A DNA stretch of 45,859 nt, taken from Acetobacteraceae bacterium. Lineage in GTDB: Bacteria; Pseudomonadota; Alphaproteobacteria; Acetobacterales; Acetobacteraceae. Position numbers and translations under genes: made by a program. The notes beneath the pieces are model-generated. The model was not told where the DNA came from and did not search any database. It was given only the letters and a program-made list of their open reading frames with translations. Shown here piece after piece: positions 29,862 to 38,828 of this stretch. Position 1 is the stretch's first letter. Each line of letters opens with the position of its first letter. The stretch spans positions 1-45,859 of the forward strand of contig DASZQO010000030.1 of the NCBI GenBank assembly GCA_035549615.1, given 5' to 3'.

Positions 29862-30464
29862 TCATCGGAATGCACGAAATTCATCGCCACCGGCCGCTCG
29901 GAAAAACATGAGGCGCGCGGCGCCATGGCGGCGCTCCGCGAGCAGCATGCCCAGCGCGGGCGGGTCCGCGTTCGATGCGGCCTCGAGCACGATCAGCGCG
30001 CCCGGCGCGATCCACCCCGTGCTTCCCAGCGCCGCGACCGCACGCAAGGCTAGTCCTTCCTCGGCATAGGGCGGGTCGAGCAGCAGCAGCGTGCGGGGCG
30101 TGCCAAACCGTATGGAGGGTGGTGGATGTGTTGCATCCCGCGCCAGCACGCGGGCGCGTTCCCCGACTCCGCACGCCGCGATATTGGCCGCCAGCGCACG
30201 CCGCGCCTCCGCATCGGTCTCGAAGAAGACGGACTCCGCCGCGCCGCGCGAAAGCGCCTCGAGCCCGAGCGCGCCGCTGCCGGCAAAGCCATCGAGCACG
30301 CGCGCCCCTGCGACCGCGCCCGCTTCCGTGCTCCCCTTGGCCCAAGGCGCGTGCACGAGCATGTCGAAGAGCGCCTGGCGGACGCGCTCGGCAGTCGGGC
30401 GCGTTCTCTCCCCTTGCGGCGCGACGAGCCGGCGGCCGCGGAAATCCCCGCCGATGATCCTCAT
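29862..30464 (-). CDS. rsmD: 16S rRNA (guanine966-N2)-methyltransferase
   Basis: MRIIGGDFRGRRL, RPTAERVRQALFDML, SAM motif LDGFAGSGALGLEALSRGA, DPPY. ATGA overlap with the upstream gene. Confidence 0.9.
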   Translation of the reverse strand: MRIIGGDFRGRRLVAPQGERTRPTAERVRQALFDMLVHAPWAKGSTEAGAVAGARVLDGFAGSGALGLEALSRGAAESVFFETDAEARRALAANIAACGVGERARVLARDATHPPPSIRFGTPRTLLLLDPPYAEEGLALRAVAALGSTGWIAPGALIVLEAASNADPPALGMLLAERRHGAARLMFFRAAGGDEFRAFR

Positions 30465-31168
30465 TTGCTACCGATCTGTTCGCGCAGCACTTTGGCCGGC
30501 ACCTCCTCCACCGCCCCTCGCGCCAGCAGGCCGAGCTGAAACGGCCCGTACGCCACGCGAATGAGCCGGGTCACCGTAAGCCCGAGATGGGCGAGCACGC
30601 GCCGAACCTCGCGGTTCTTGCCCTCCGAAAGGCTGATGCTGAGCCAGGCGTTGGACCCTTTGCGCACATCGAGCCCGGCTTCGATCGGGCCGTAGCGCAC
30701 GCCGCCAACCGTGATGCCCTTCTTCAGCGCGGCCAGCGTGCCTTCCTCCACCACGCCATGCACCCGCGCCCGGTAGCGCCGCTTCCAGCCGGTGGCCGGC
30801 AATTCGAGCTTGCGCGCAAGCGCCCCGTCATTCGTCAGCAGCAGCAGCCCCTCACTTGCGAGATCGAGCCGGCCGACGCGGATCACTCGCCCCAGACCCG
30901 CCGGAAGACTGGCGAAGACGGTCGGCCGTCCTTGCGGATCGGCGTGCGTCGTCACGAGCCCGGGCGGCTTGTGGTAGCGCCAGAGCCGCGTGCGCTCCGG
31001 CGCGCCCACCACCTGCCCGTCCACCTGAACGATGTCACCCTCGCCGACAAAGGTGGCCGGATGCGTCACCGCGGCCCCGTTCAGCCGGACCCGGCCGGAC
31101 GTGATCATCGCCTCCGCCGCGCGCCGGCTGGCCACGCCGGCTGAGGCGAGAAACCGGGCGATCCGCAT
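30461..31168 (-). CDS. pseudouridine synthase, RsuA/RluB family (S4 domain + catalytic domain)
   Basis: MRIARFLASAGVASRRAAE (S4 domain), catalytic Asp motif RVGRLDLASEGLLLLTNDG. ATG 31166-31168 preferred; ATG 31192 is the alternative. Confidence 0.85.
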   Translation of the reverse strand: MRIARFLASAGVASRRAAEAMITSGRVRLNGAAVTHPATFVGEGDIVQVDGQVVGAPERTRLWRYHKPPGLVTTHADPQGRPTVFASLPAGLGRVIRVGRLDLASEGLLLLTNDGALARKLELPATGWKRRYRARVHGVVEEGTLAALKKGITVGGVRYGPIEAGLDVRKGSNAWLSISLSEGKNREVRRVLAHLGLTVTRLIRVAYGPFQLGLLARGAVEEVPAKVLREQIGSK

Positions 31169-31179
31169 TCCCCGTGGAC

Positions 31180-31896
31180 TTACGCTTGGCATGCGGCGAT
31201 CAGGGCGGCAAAAATGCGCCGGTCCCCGTCATCGACGAAGAATTCCGGATGCCATTGCACCCCAAGACAGAAGGGTAGGCGGGGATCCTCGATCCCCTCG
31301 ATCACCCCATCCGGCGCCCGCGCATTCACCAAAGCCGTGCCCGGTCCGGCAATCGCCTGGTGATGCGAGCTATTCACCGCCATCCGCTCCGCTCCCACGA
31401 TGCGGGCAAGAAGCGTGCCGGGCGTGAGCGCAACCGCGTGCGCGGCGCGGTGGCGGCTTTCTGTCTGCTGATGGGCAAGCGCGCCGGGCACCTCATCCGG
31501 AATATGCTGAATGAGCCGCCCGCCACGTGCGACCGCGAGCAGTTGCGCGCCCCCGCAGATGCCAAGCACTGGCATCCCGCGCGCGAGCGCGCCTTCGAGG
31601 AGGGCAAGCTCGGACTTCGTCCGCATTTCCTTGAGCCGCACGCTCGCATGCCGAGCTCCGGCGCCATAAAGCGCGGGATCGACATCGAAGGCCCCGCCGG
31701 TGACGATCAGCCCGACGATCCGGTCGAGATAGTCCCTCGCCAGATCGGCATCGTGCGGCAGGGCCACCGGCAACCCTCCCGCCGTGATGACCGCTGCCGC
31801 GTAGTTCTGGCGGAGCGCGTACCAGGGGTAGGACGAATAGCCCCCCGGCTCCTCGGCATCGAGTGTGAGGCCGATCAGCGGACGCGGCCCGCTCAT
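31180..31896 (-). CDS. class I glutamine amidotransferase / peptidase C26 (gamma-glutamyl-GABA hydrolase-like)
   Basis: ATG 31894-31896 gives MSGPRPLIGLTLD. Nucleophile motif VLGICGGAQLL, and GVQWHPEF with the catalytic His. ATGA overlap with the lysR stop. Confidence 0.85.
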   Translation of the reverse strand: MSGPRPLIGLTLDAEEPGGYSSYPWYALRQNYAAAVITAGGLPVALPHDADLARDYLDRIVGLIVTGGAFDVDPALYGAGARHASVRLKEMRTKSELALLEGALARGMPVLGICGGAQLLAVARGGRLIQHIPDEVPGALAHQQTESRHRAAHAVALTPGTLLARIVGAERMAVNSSHHQAIAGPGTALVNARAPDGVIEGIEDPRLPFCLGVQWHPEFFVDDGDRRIFAALIAACQA

Positions 31897-32834
31897 GAAT
31901 TCCGCCCGCTCGCGTCCGTGAGGGCCCAGGGGGCTAGGGCGAGCCTTGCCGCCAGAAACGCGATCACGGCGCGCACCCGTGCCGGCCGCAAGCGCCCGGG
32001 CGGGGTCACGATATGGAGCGCGATCGGCGGCGGCGACCAATCCGGCATGACCGCTTCGAGCCGGCCGGAGGCGAGCGCGTCCCAGACCAGGAACTCCGGC
32101 TGCACGGCAAGGCCAAGCCCGGCGAGAAGCGCGGGGCCGAGCACATCGGCATTGTTGGCGCGGAGGGGGCCCTTGGGCACGACCTCGACCTCCTCTCCGG
32201 CACGGTTGCGGAAGCTCCAGCGGCCCGGCACCGGCAGATAGGCATAGCCAAGACAGACATGGTTCGCGAGCCCGCTCGGATGGGAGGGTCGGCCATGTCG
32301 GATGAAATAGGCGGGCGCGCCGACCAGCCGGCGCGGCACCTGGCAGAGATGCCGCGCCCGCAGGCTGGAATCGGGGAGCGCGGCGATGCGAAGCGCAAGA
32401 TCGAACCGGCCCGCGATCAGGTCCCGGATCTCGTCCGTCAGGTCAAGATCGAGCGTGATCCCGGGATAGGATTCGAGCAGCGCGGGCAGATGCGGCGCCA
32501 GATGGACGATCCCGAAGGACATGGGCGCGGTCATTCGTACGAGCCCCTGTGGCGCGGCCGACTGCGCCCGCGCCTCCTCCTCGATCGCCTCGGCCTCGGC
32601 GAGCAGGCGCGCGGCGGCAGCGGCCGAGACCCGGCCTGTTTCGGTGAGCGAAAGCCGCCGCGAGGTGCGATGGAAAAGGGAAGCACCCAGCCGCGCTTCG
32701 AGCCGGGCGATCGCCTTGGAGACCGTCGCCTTGGAAAGCCCAAGCTCGGAAGCAGCGCGGGTGAAAGAGCCACTCTCCGCGACCCGGGCGAAGATGGCCC
32801 AGGCTTCGAGATCGGGCGGGTGAATCATACTCAT
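31893..32834 (-). CDS. LysR-family transcriptional regulator
   Basis: wHTH FARVAESGSFTRAASELGLSKATVSKAIARLEARLG plus a LysR substrate-binding domain. Divergent from the pirin gene. Confidence 0.9.
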   Translation of the reverse strand: MSMIHPPDLEAWAIFARVAESGSFTRAASELGLSKATVSKAIARLEARLGASLFHRTSRRLSLTETGRVSAAAAARLLAEAEAIEEEARAQSAAPQGLVRMTAPMSFGIVHLAPHLPALLESYPGITLDLDLTDEIRDLIAGRFDLALRIAALPDSSLRARHLCQVPRRLVGAPAYFIRHGRPSHPSGLANHVCLGYAYLPVPGRWSFRNRAGEEVEVVPKGPLRANNADVLGPALLAGLGLAVQPEFLVWDALASGRLEAVMPDWSPPPIALHIVTPPGRLRPARVRAVIAFLAARLALAPWALTDASGRNS

Positions 32835-32837
32835 TTA

Positions 32838-32852
32838 GAAACGATCTGTTTC
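32838..32852. promoter_or_regulatory. dyad GAAAC-N5-GTTTC, candidate LysR-type box
   Basis: GAAACGATCTGTTTC read directly. Lies 4 nt upstream of the lysR ATG in the 70-bp lysR/pirin divergent spacer, inside an AT-rich patch. Confidence 0.4.
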
Positions 32853-32904
32853 CATTGTTTCTCTTTTTGATTGAACACGCCAGTCCGATCTTGCAGCCGA
32901 CGGA

Positions 32905-33627
32905 ATGGTCACGGACAAGGATGCGGCCATGATCGACATTCGGCCTTATCGGAGCCTTGGCGGCGCCAACCACGGCTGGCTCGACACCAGGCACCATTTC
33001 TCCTTCGACGGCTACCACGACCCGGCGCGCATGGGCTGGGGCGCTTTGCGCGTCTGGAACGATGACGAAATCGCCCCGGAAAGCGGCTTTCCGCCCCACC
33101 CGCACGCGAACATGGAGATCATCACCTATGTTCGCGAAGGCGCGATCACCCACAAGGACAGCCTCGGGAATGAGGGCCGCACCGCGGCCGGCGACGTGCA
33201 GGTGATGAGCGCCGGCAGCGGCATCCGTCATGCCGAATATAATCTCGAGCCCGGCCCGACGCGGATCTTCCAGATCTGGATCCAGCCGACCGAGCGGGGC
33301 GGCCCACCCTCCTGGGGCCAAAAACCCTTCCCCAAATCCGACCGCGCCGGCCGCTTCGTCGCCCTCGCCAGCGGATTTGCCGAAGACGAAGAGGCGCTGC
33401 CGATCCGCAGCAATGCCCGCGTGCTCGGCGCCTCGCTCATGGCCGGCCAGAGTACGGACTATGGGCTCGCGCCGGGGCGGCACGCCTATCTCGTGCCGGC
33501 GACCGGCCGGATCGAGCTGAACGGCAGGACCATCGATGCGGGGGACGGCGTGGCGGTTCAGGATGAACCCGCGCTTTTCATCACCGCGCTCGTGGATGCC
33601 GAGATCATCCTCGTCGACGCGGCCTGA
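32905..33627 (+). CDS. pirin-family protein
   Basis: GWLDTRHHFSF, cupin metal site FPPHPHANMEIITYV, then SAGSGIRHAE. ATG 32929 is an alternative start. Confidence 0.9.
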   Translation: MVTDKDAAMIDIRPYRSLGGANHGWLDTRHHFSFDGYHDPARMGWGALRVWNDDEIAPESGFPPHPHANMEIITYVREGAITHKDSLGNEGRTAAGDVQVMSAGSGIRHAEYNLEPGPTRIFQIWIQPTERGGPPSWGQKPFPKSDRAGRFVALASGFAEDEEALPIRSNARVLGASLMAGQSTDYGLAPGRHAYLVPATGRIELNGRTIDAGDGVAVQDEPALFITALVDAEIILVDAA

Positions 33628-33672
33628 TGCGGGCTTCTGGACGATCCCCTGCCCGCTTGGCATGACGGCCCG

Positions 33673-34131
33673 ATGACGATGCCATTCGCGGCCATGGAGA
33701 TCGCGCTCGCGGAAGCCACCGCCGCCGCTATGCGCGGGGAGGTGCCGGTCGGCGCCGTCGTGCTCGATGCGCAGGGCGTGGTGCTCGCGCGCGCGGGCAA
33801 CCGCATCGAAGAGAGGGACGCGGCCGCCCATGCCGAGCTGCTTGCCCTCAGCGCCGCGGCCAGCGCGCTCGGAGAGCCGCGGCTGGCCGGCTGCGATCTT
33901 ATCGTCACGCTCGAGCCCTGTCCGATGTGCGCGGCGGCGGCGAGCCTCTTTCGCATCCGCCGCCTCATCTTCGGCGCCTACGATCCCAAGGGTGGCGGGA
34001 TCGAGCACGGACCCCGGATCTTCGCAGCACCCGCCTGCAGCCATCGCCCGGAGGTGATCGGCGGCGTGCGTGAAGCCGAATGCGCGGCCCTTCTCAGAAG
34101 CTTCTTCGCGGGGCTTCGGTTGGAGCAATAA
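33673..34131 (+). CDS. tadA: tRNA adenosine(34) deaminase
   Basis: CDA zinc motifs HAELLAL and TLEPCPMCAAA. 152 aa. Confidence 0.9.
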   Translation: MTMPFAAMEIALAEATAAAMRGEVPVGAVVLDAQGVVLARAGNRIEERDAAAHAELLALSAAASALGEPRLAGCDLIVTLEPCPMCAAAASLFRIRRLIFGAYDPKGGGIEHGPRIFAAPACSHRPEVIGGVREAECAALLRSFFAGLRLEQ

Positions 34132-34192
34132 CTGGATCGCCGCGCGACGATTAGAAACCATCAGGCCATGGATTCATTTTCTTGATCAATTT

Positions 34193-34233
34193 CATGATTT
34201 TGACGGATCGTCCTGCAATCCGCCAAAATCATG
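34193..34233. repeat. 16-bp-arm inverted repeat between convergent tadA and ohr
   Basis: CATGATTTTGACGGAT-cgtcctgca-ATCCGCCAAAATCATG (15 of 16 pairs) in an AT-rich patch, preceded by the palindrome TTGATCAA (34182..34189). Confidence 0.5.
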
Positions 34234-34384
34234 CTGATCCAGCCGTTCGCATTCCCGGCCCTCTCAGAGCCCATATATGAGAAGAGTCCGTATATGAGAA
34301 TGCGCTATGGCGAGTGGGTTCGTCGCAAGTCGAGGACGCCGCCCGCACCGGACAGCCACCACAGCCACATTCTCAGAGGGGCTC

Positions 34385-34822
34385 TCAGGCCCCGACCACC
34401 TCGAACTGCACATCGACATTGCCGCGCGTCGCGTGCGAGTAAGGGCAGATTTTCTCGTGCGCTTCTGACACCAGCGCCGCAAGTTCCGCCTGTGGCAGGC
34501 TCTTGTCCTCGACACGCATCTTGACGGCAAGGCCGAAGCCGCCGCCCTCGCGCGGGCCGATCGAGACCGCACAGGTCACGCGCGCCTTGCTCGCATCCTT
34601 CTTGTGCTGCTTGCCGACGAAATCGACCGCGCCACCGAAGCAGGCGGCATAGCCGGCGGCGAAGAGATGCTCCGGCGTCGCCGTGCCGGGCTTGCCCGGC
34701 CCACCCATTTCCTTCGGCACCGAAAGATCAGCCTTGACGATTCCGTCGCTGGATTCGGTGTGACCGTTGCGGCCACCCGTCTCGGTGGCAGTCGCGGTAT
34801 AGAGCGGATTGATCTTATCCAT
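34385..34822 (-). CDS. ohr: organic hydroperoxide resistance protein (Ohr/OsmC family)
   Basis: ATG 34820-34822 gives MDKINPLYTATATETGGRNG. The two conserved Cys lie in AAGYAACFGGA and ICPYSHATRGN. 145 aa. Confidence 0.9.
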   Translation of the reverse strand: MDKINPLYTATATETGGRNGHTESSDGIVKADLSVPKEMGGPGKPGTATPEHLFAAGYAACFGGAVDFVGKQHKKDASKARVTCAVSIGPREGGGFGLAVKMRVEDKSLPQAELAALVSEAHEKICPYSHATRGNVDVQFEVVGA

Positions 34823-35218
34823 GCATCCTCCGATCCGGTTGCGCTCGCAATGGCTGGCCCGGCGGCCGCGCGCAGGCGCGCCCATCTCACCGGTACTCCC
34901 TCGCAGAGAACATTTCCAGCCATGGCGGGGACGTGGCCGCGCAGGACGCATTACAAGACAAAATCCTGACAGGACCAAAATCCAGGCTGGGCACCGGAAT
35001 CATCGCCCCCGCGTCTCTTCACTCGGATCTGCTTGATCAGCTCCTGGGGCGGCCCCGCTGAACCAGGACCGTTGCGGCCGCAATCGTTCTCTTTTCGTTC
35101 GAGGCCATTCTCCACCAATGGAGTATTTTGCGCGTTTTTCCCTGCAACTCGGCGATAATGCCATGGCTGCCCGCCGCCGATGATGGCGGCATCCGCCTGT
35201 CGCTTGAGGAGCCCTGTC

Positions 35219-36205
35219 ATGACGTCCTTGCCGAAGAACCCGGAGGTGCTCGAAAGCCGCGATCGCGCGATGCTTTCCGCGCCCTCGGACATTGGTCGCT
35301 TCCAACCCTCGACACTGCATGCGCCGCACGTGGAGGACGGCGCGGAGCGCTATGAAAATCTCGAAGTCAGCTTCGATCCGGAAAACGAGACCATTTGGTG
35401 CGCCATGTCCCCGCTCGGGCGGCCGAGCTTCACGCTCCCCGTCATGCGCGACATCACCCGGATGCAACACGCGATGCGGCGCCTCTTCGAGGCGCGGCGC
35501 GCTGCGGGGCATCCGCCCTATCGCTATTTCGTCTGGGGATCGAACACACCCGGCATCTACAATCTCGGCGGTGACCTCGCCTTTTTCATCAATCGGATTC
35601 GCAAAGGCGACCGAGCCGCGATGACGCGCTATGCCCATTACGCGATCGAGGCCGTCTACCGGAACTCGGCCGCGTTCCATGTCCCGCTCGTGACGATCGC
35701 GCTGGTGCAGGGAGACGCGCTCGGTGGCGGGTTCGAGTGCGCACTTTCGCTCAATCTGCTCATCGCCGAGAAAAACGCCAAGATGGGCCTGCCGGAAATC
35801 CTGTTCAATCTCTTCCCGGGCATGGGTGCCTACAGCTTTCTCTCCCGCCGTCTCGACGTACTGCGGACTGAGAAGCTGATCACGAGCGGGCGCATTTATT
35901 CCGCCAGTGAACTGCATGAGATGGGCATCGTCGATGTGCTGGCCGATGATGGCCATGGCGAGTCCGTTGCGCGCGATTATATCGCGAGCCACCGGCGGAA
36001 ATGGAACGCCCATTACGCGATGTTCCAGGCCCGTCAGCGCGTGCGGCCAGTGACACTCGAAGAATTGCGCGATGTGGTCGATATATGGGTCGATGCGGCG
36101 CTCAGGCTGCAGGAACCGGATCTGAGAAAGATGGAACGGCTGGTGGCCTCGCAGGATCGCCGGATGGCCGCTCTGCGGGGTGCCGCCGAGGCGCGCAGCG
36201 CTTAA
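35219..36205 (+). CDS. crotonase-superfamily protein of the RpfF/DfsA (DSF synthase) type
   Basis: GAGGAG lies 7 nt upstream of ATG 35219. Blocks NLGGDLAFFINRIRKGDRAAM, IALVQGDALGGGFECAL, MGLPEILFNLFPGMGAYSFL and DIWVDAALRLQEPDLRKMERLVASQDRR match my recollection of Xanthomonas RpfF nearly block for block. Alternative starts 35180 and 35270. Confidence 0.78.
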   Translation: MTSLPKNPEVLESRDRAMLSAPSDIGRFQPSTLHAPHVEDGAERYENLEVSFDPENETIWCAMSPLGRPSFTLPVMRDITRMQHAMRRLFEARRAAGHPPYRYFVWGSNTPGIYNLGGDLAFFINRIRKGDRAAMTRYAHYAIEAVYRNSAAFHVPLVTIALVQGDALGGGFECALSLNLLIAEKNAKMGLPEILFNLFPGMGAYSFLSRRLDVLRTEKLITSGRIYSASELHEMGIVDVLADDGHGESVARDYIASHRRKWNAHYAMFQARQRVRPVTLEELRDVVDIWVDAALRLQEPDLRKMERLVASQDRRMAALRGAAEARSA

Positions 36206-36247
36206 AAAGGAATTGCTCTTCGGGCGGATTGCCCTTTTGTTGCCCCA

Positions 36248-36276
36248 GAGCGTGACGGGCTTTGCCCGTCACGCTC
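36248..36276. terminator. strong hairpin between convergent rpfF-like gene and acs
   Basis: GAGCGTGACGGGC-ttt-GCCCGTCACGCTC, a perfect 13-bp stem. No clear U-tract on either strand, so the intrinsic-terminator call is tentative. Confidence 0.55.
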
Positions 36277-36297
36277 CGCTCGACCGCGGCGCGCCGT

Positions 36298-38232
36298 TCA
36301 AGCGGCGCGGCTGCTGACGAGGTCGTTCACCACCGCCGGATCGGCGAGCGTCGAGGTATCGCCGAGATTGCTGGTTTCGTTGGCGGCAATCTTGCGCAGG
36401 ATGCGGCGCATGATCTTGCCCGAGCGGGTCTTCGGCAAGGCAGGCGCCCATTGAATCACGTCGGGCGCCGCGATCGCGCTGATCTCGGTGCGCACCCAAC
36501 CCACCAGCTCCTTGCGCAGCGTGTCGGTCGGCTCGACCCCGATCTTGAGCGTCACATAGGCGTAGATTCCCTGCCCCTTGATATCATGCGGGAAGCCGAC
36601 AACGGCCGCCTCCGCCACCTGCGGATGCGCGACCAGCGCACTTTCGATCTCGGCCGTGCCAAGCCGGTGCCCGGCGACATTGATCACGTCATCGACGCGG
36701 CCGGTGATCCACCAATAACCATCCTCATCGCGCCGCGCACCGTCGCCGGTGAAATAGAGGCCCTGGAAGGTGCTGAAATAGGTTTGCACGAAGCGCTGAT
36801 GATCGCCGAACACGGTCCGCATCTGGCCGGGCCAGGAATCGGCAATGCAAAGATTGCCTTCCGCCGGCCCTTCGAGCAGGCGTCCTTCCCCATCCACCAG
36901 CACCGGCTTCACTCCGGGCAGCGGCAAAGTGGCCGAGCCCGGCTTCTGGGCAATGGCGCCGGGCAGGGGCGAGATCAGGATCCCGCCAGTTTCCGTCTGC
37001 CACCAGGTATCGACCACCGGGCAGCGGCTCTCGCCGACAACGCGATAGTACCAAAGCCAAGCCTCTGGATTGATCGGCTCACCGACCGTGCCGAGAATTC
37101 GCAAGGACGCGCGCGAGGTTTTCTTGACCGGCTCCTCACCTTCGCGCATCAGCGCGCGGATCGCCGTTGGCGCGGTGTAGAAGCTATTGACCTTGTGCTT
37201 GTCCACCACCTGCCAGAAGCGCGAGGCATCGGGATAGTTTGGGATGCCCTCGAACATGAGCGTGGTGGCGCCGTTGGCGAGCGGCCCATAAACGATATAG
37301 GTGTGCCCGGTCACCCAGCCGACATCAGCCGTGCACCAATAGATTTCGCCCGGGTGATAGTCGAACACATATTGATGGGTGAAGCTCGCCCAGACCATGT
37401 AGCCGCCGGTCGTGTGCAGCACCCCCTTGGGTGTCCCAGTTGATCCGGATGTGTAAAGAATAAAGAGGGGATCCTCCGCCCCCATCTCTTCCGCCGGGCA
37501 ATCGGGTGAGGCGGCGGCGATGAGCGCCTCATAGGCGTGGTCGCGTCCTTTCTTCATCGGCACCTGGGCACCGGTGACGCAAACCATGATCACATTCTCG
37601 ACCGAGGGGCAGGATTCGAGCGCCGCATCGGTATTCGCTTTGAGTGGCACGCGCCGCCCCCCGCGCCGTCCCTCATCGGCGGTAATGACGAGAGTCGAGT
37701 TGCAATCCTGAATTCGCTTGGCGAGACTGTCGGGAGAAAAGCCGCCGAACACCACCGAATGGATGGCGCCAATGCGCGCGGAGGCGAGCATCGCCACCGC
37801 CGCCTCGATCACCATCGGCATATAGATCGTGACGCGATCTCCCTTTTTTACGCCGAGCGACTTCATCGCATTGGCCAGCCGGCAGACCGCTTCATGCAGG
37901 CCGCGATAGGTGATTGATTTCTGCTGGCTCGGGTCATCCCCCTCCCAAAGGATCGCGATCTGGTCCCCGCGCGTCGCGAGATGCCGGTCGAGGCAGTTCG
38001 CCGCGGCATTGAGCGTGCCATCTTCGAACCACTTGATCGAGACATCGCCCGTGAAGCTTGTGTTCTTGATCCGCGTTGGGGAACGCATCCAATGGATGCG
38101 CTTCGCCTCCTCAGCCCAGAACCCATCGGGATCGGAGGCCGCGCGCGCCATCATTTCCCGATAACGCTTGGTATCAATCAGGGCGGTTGCCGCGATCTCG
38201 GGCTTGACTTGGATCACCTGGTCTTGAGACAT
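36298..38232 (-). CDS. acs: acetyl-CoA synthetase (AMP-forming)
   Basis: ATG 38230-38232 gives [22 protein letters not shown]-binding motif [13 protein letters not shown]-terminal [18 protein letters not shown]. 644 aa. Confidence 0.95.
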   Translation of the reverse strand: MSQDQVIQVKPEIAATALIDTKRYREMMARAASDPDGFWAEEAKRIHWMRSPTRIKNTSFTGDVSIKWFEDGTLNAAANCLDRHLATRGDQIAILWEGDDPSQQKSITYRGLHEAVCRLANAMKSLGVKKGDRVTIYMPMVIEAAVAMLASARIGAIHSVVFGGFSPDSLAKRIQDCNSTLVITADEGRRGGRRVPLKANTDAALESCPSVENVIMVCVTGAQVPMKKGRDHAYEALIAAASPDCPAEEMGAEDPLFILYTSGSTGTPKGVLHTTGGYMVWASFTHQYVFDYHPGEIYWCTADVGWVTGHTYIVYGPLANGATTLMFEGIPNYPDASRFWQVVDKHKVNSFYTAPTAIRALMREGEEPVKKTSRASLRILGTVGEPINPEAWLWYYRVVGESRCPVVDTWWQTETGGILISPLPGAIAQKPGSATLPLPGVKPVLVDGEGRLLEGPAEGNLCIADSWPGQMRTVFGDHQRFVQTYFSTFQGLYFTGDGARRDEDGYWWITGRVDDVINVAGHRLGTAEIESALVAHPQVAEAAVVGFPHDIKGQGIYAYVTLKIGVEPTDTLRKELVGWVRTEISAIAAPDVIQWAPALPKTRSGKIMRRILRKIAANETSNLGDTSTLADPAVVNDLVSSRAA

Positions 38233-38384
38233 GGACGCCCACCATCGTTTCAGGATTTTCCCTTTGCTTACCGGAGCGGCGCGGCTCTCGGCAAGGGTCA
38301 TGCGCCGATTGCAACCGCAGCGCTCGACGGCAGTTTTCTATTGCATCGCAACATCGATTGGTGCGCTGGCCTGCGGCCACCCGC

Positions 38385-38822
38385 TTATCCGGGGAACCCG
38401 CCCATCTCACAGATCCGGCGCCAATGCTCCTCGCTCACGGGCATCACCGAGAGCCGCCCCTGGCGCACCAGTAGAAAATCGGCGAAGGCGGGATCGTTCT
38501 TGATGGTGGCGAGCGCCACCGGCCGCTTCAACGGCCCGACCGCCTTCACATCGACGGCGACCCAGTCTCCTCCTTTTGCCTCCCCCGTGGCTCCGTCTTT
38601 GGCGGTCGGATCGGGATAGGCCTCGCGCACTACCTCGACCACGCCGACGATCTCCTTGCCCACGTTGGAGTGGTAGAAGAAAGCGCGGTCGCCGCGCCGC
38701 ATCGCCATCAGATTGCGCTTGGCCGCATGGTTGCGCACACCGGTCCAGGGCTCGGTGCCATGGGCCACCTGCTCCTGCCAGCTGAAGGCGTCAGGCTCGG
38801 ATTTGACCAGCCAATAGGACAT
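38385..38822 (-). CDS. EVE (PUA-like) domain protein
   Basis: MSYWLVKSEPDAFSW...WTGVRNHAAKRNLMAMRRGDRAFFYHSN is the canonical stand-alone EVE/THYN1-like pattern. 145 aa. Confidence 0.88.
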   Translation of the reverse strand: MSYWLVKSEPDAFSWQEQVAHGTEPWTGVRNHAAKRNLMAMRRGDRAFFYHSNVGKEIVGVVEVVREAYPDPTAKDGATGEAKGGDWVAVDVKAVGPLKRPVALATIKNDPAFADFLLVRQGRLSVMPVSEEHWRRICEMGGFPG

Positions 38823-38828
38823 TTCTCA

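Noticed and set aside
34231-34524. 97-aa + strand ORF in the tadA/ohr spacer
   Set aside because: It begins in the AT-rich repeat region, runs antisense into ohr, and has a Pro/Arg/Ser/His-rich, motif-free sequence.
34988-35006. Possible sigma-54 promoter (CTGGGCACCGGAATCATCG), sought because rpoN is in the window
   Set aside because: The -12 element does not match TTGC at the required GG-N10-GC spacing. Other TGGCA-like strings (19066, 28950-29000, 44833) also fail the spacing or the -12 test.
36298-38232. acs as an RpfB-like acyl-CoA ligase partner of the RpfF-like gene
   Set aside because: It is a canonical 644-aa acetyl-CoA synthetase (N-terminal, [11 protein letters not shown] and [11 protein letters not shown] regions) and is convergent rather than co-transcribed. 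It is not a FadD/RpfB-type long-chain ligase.
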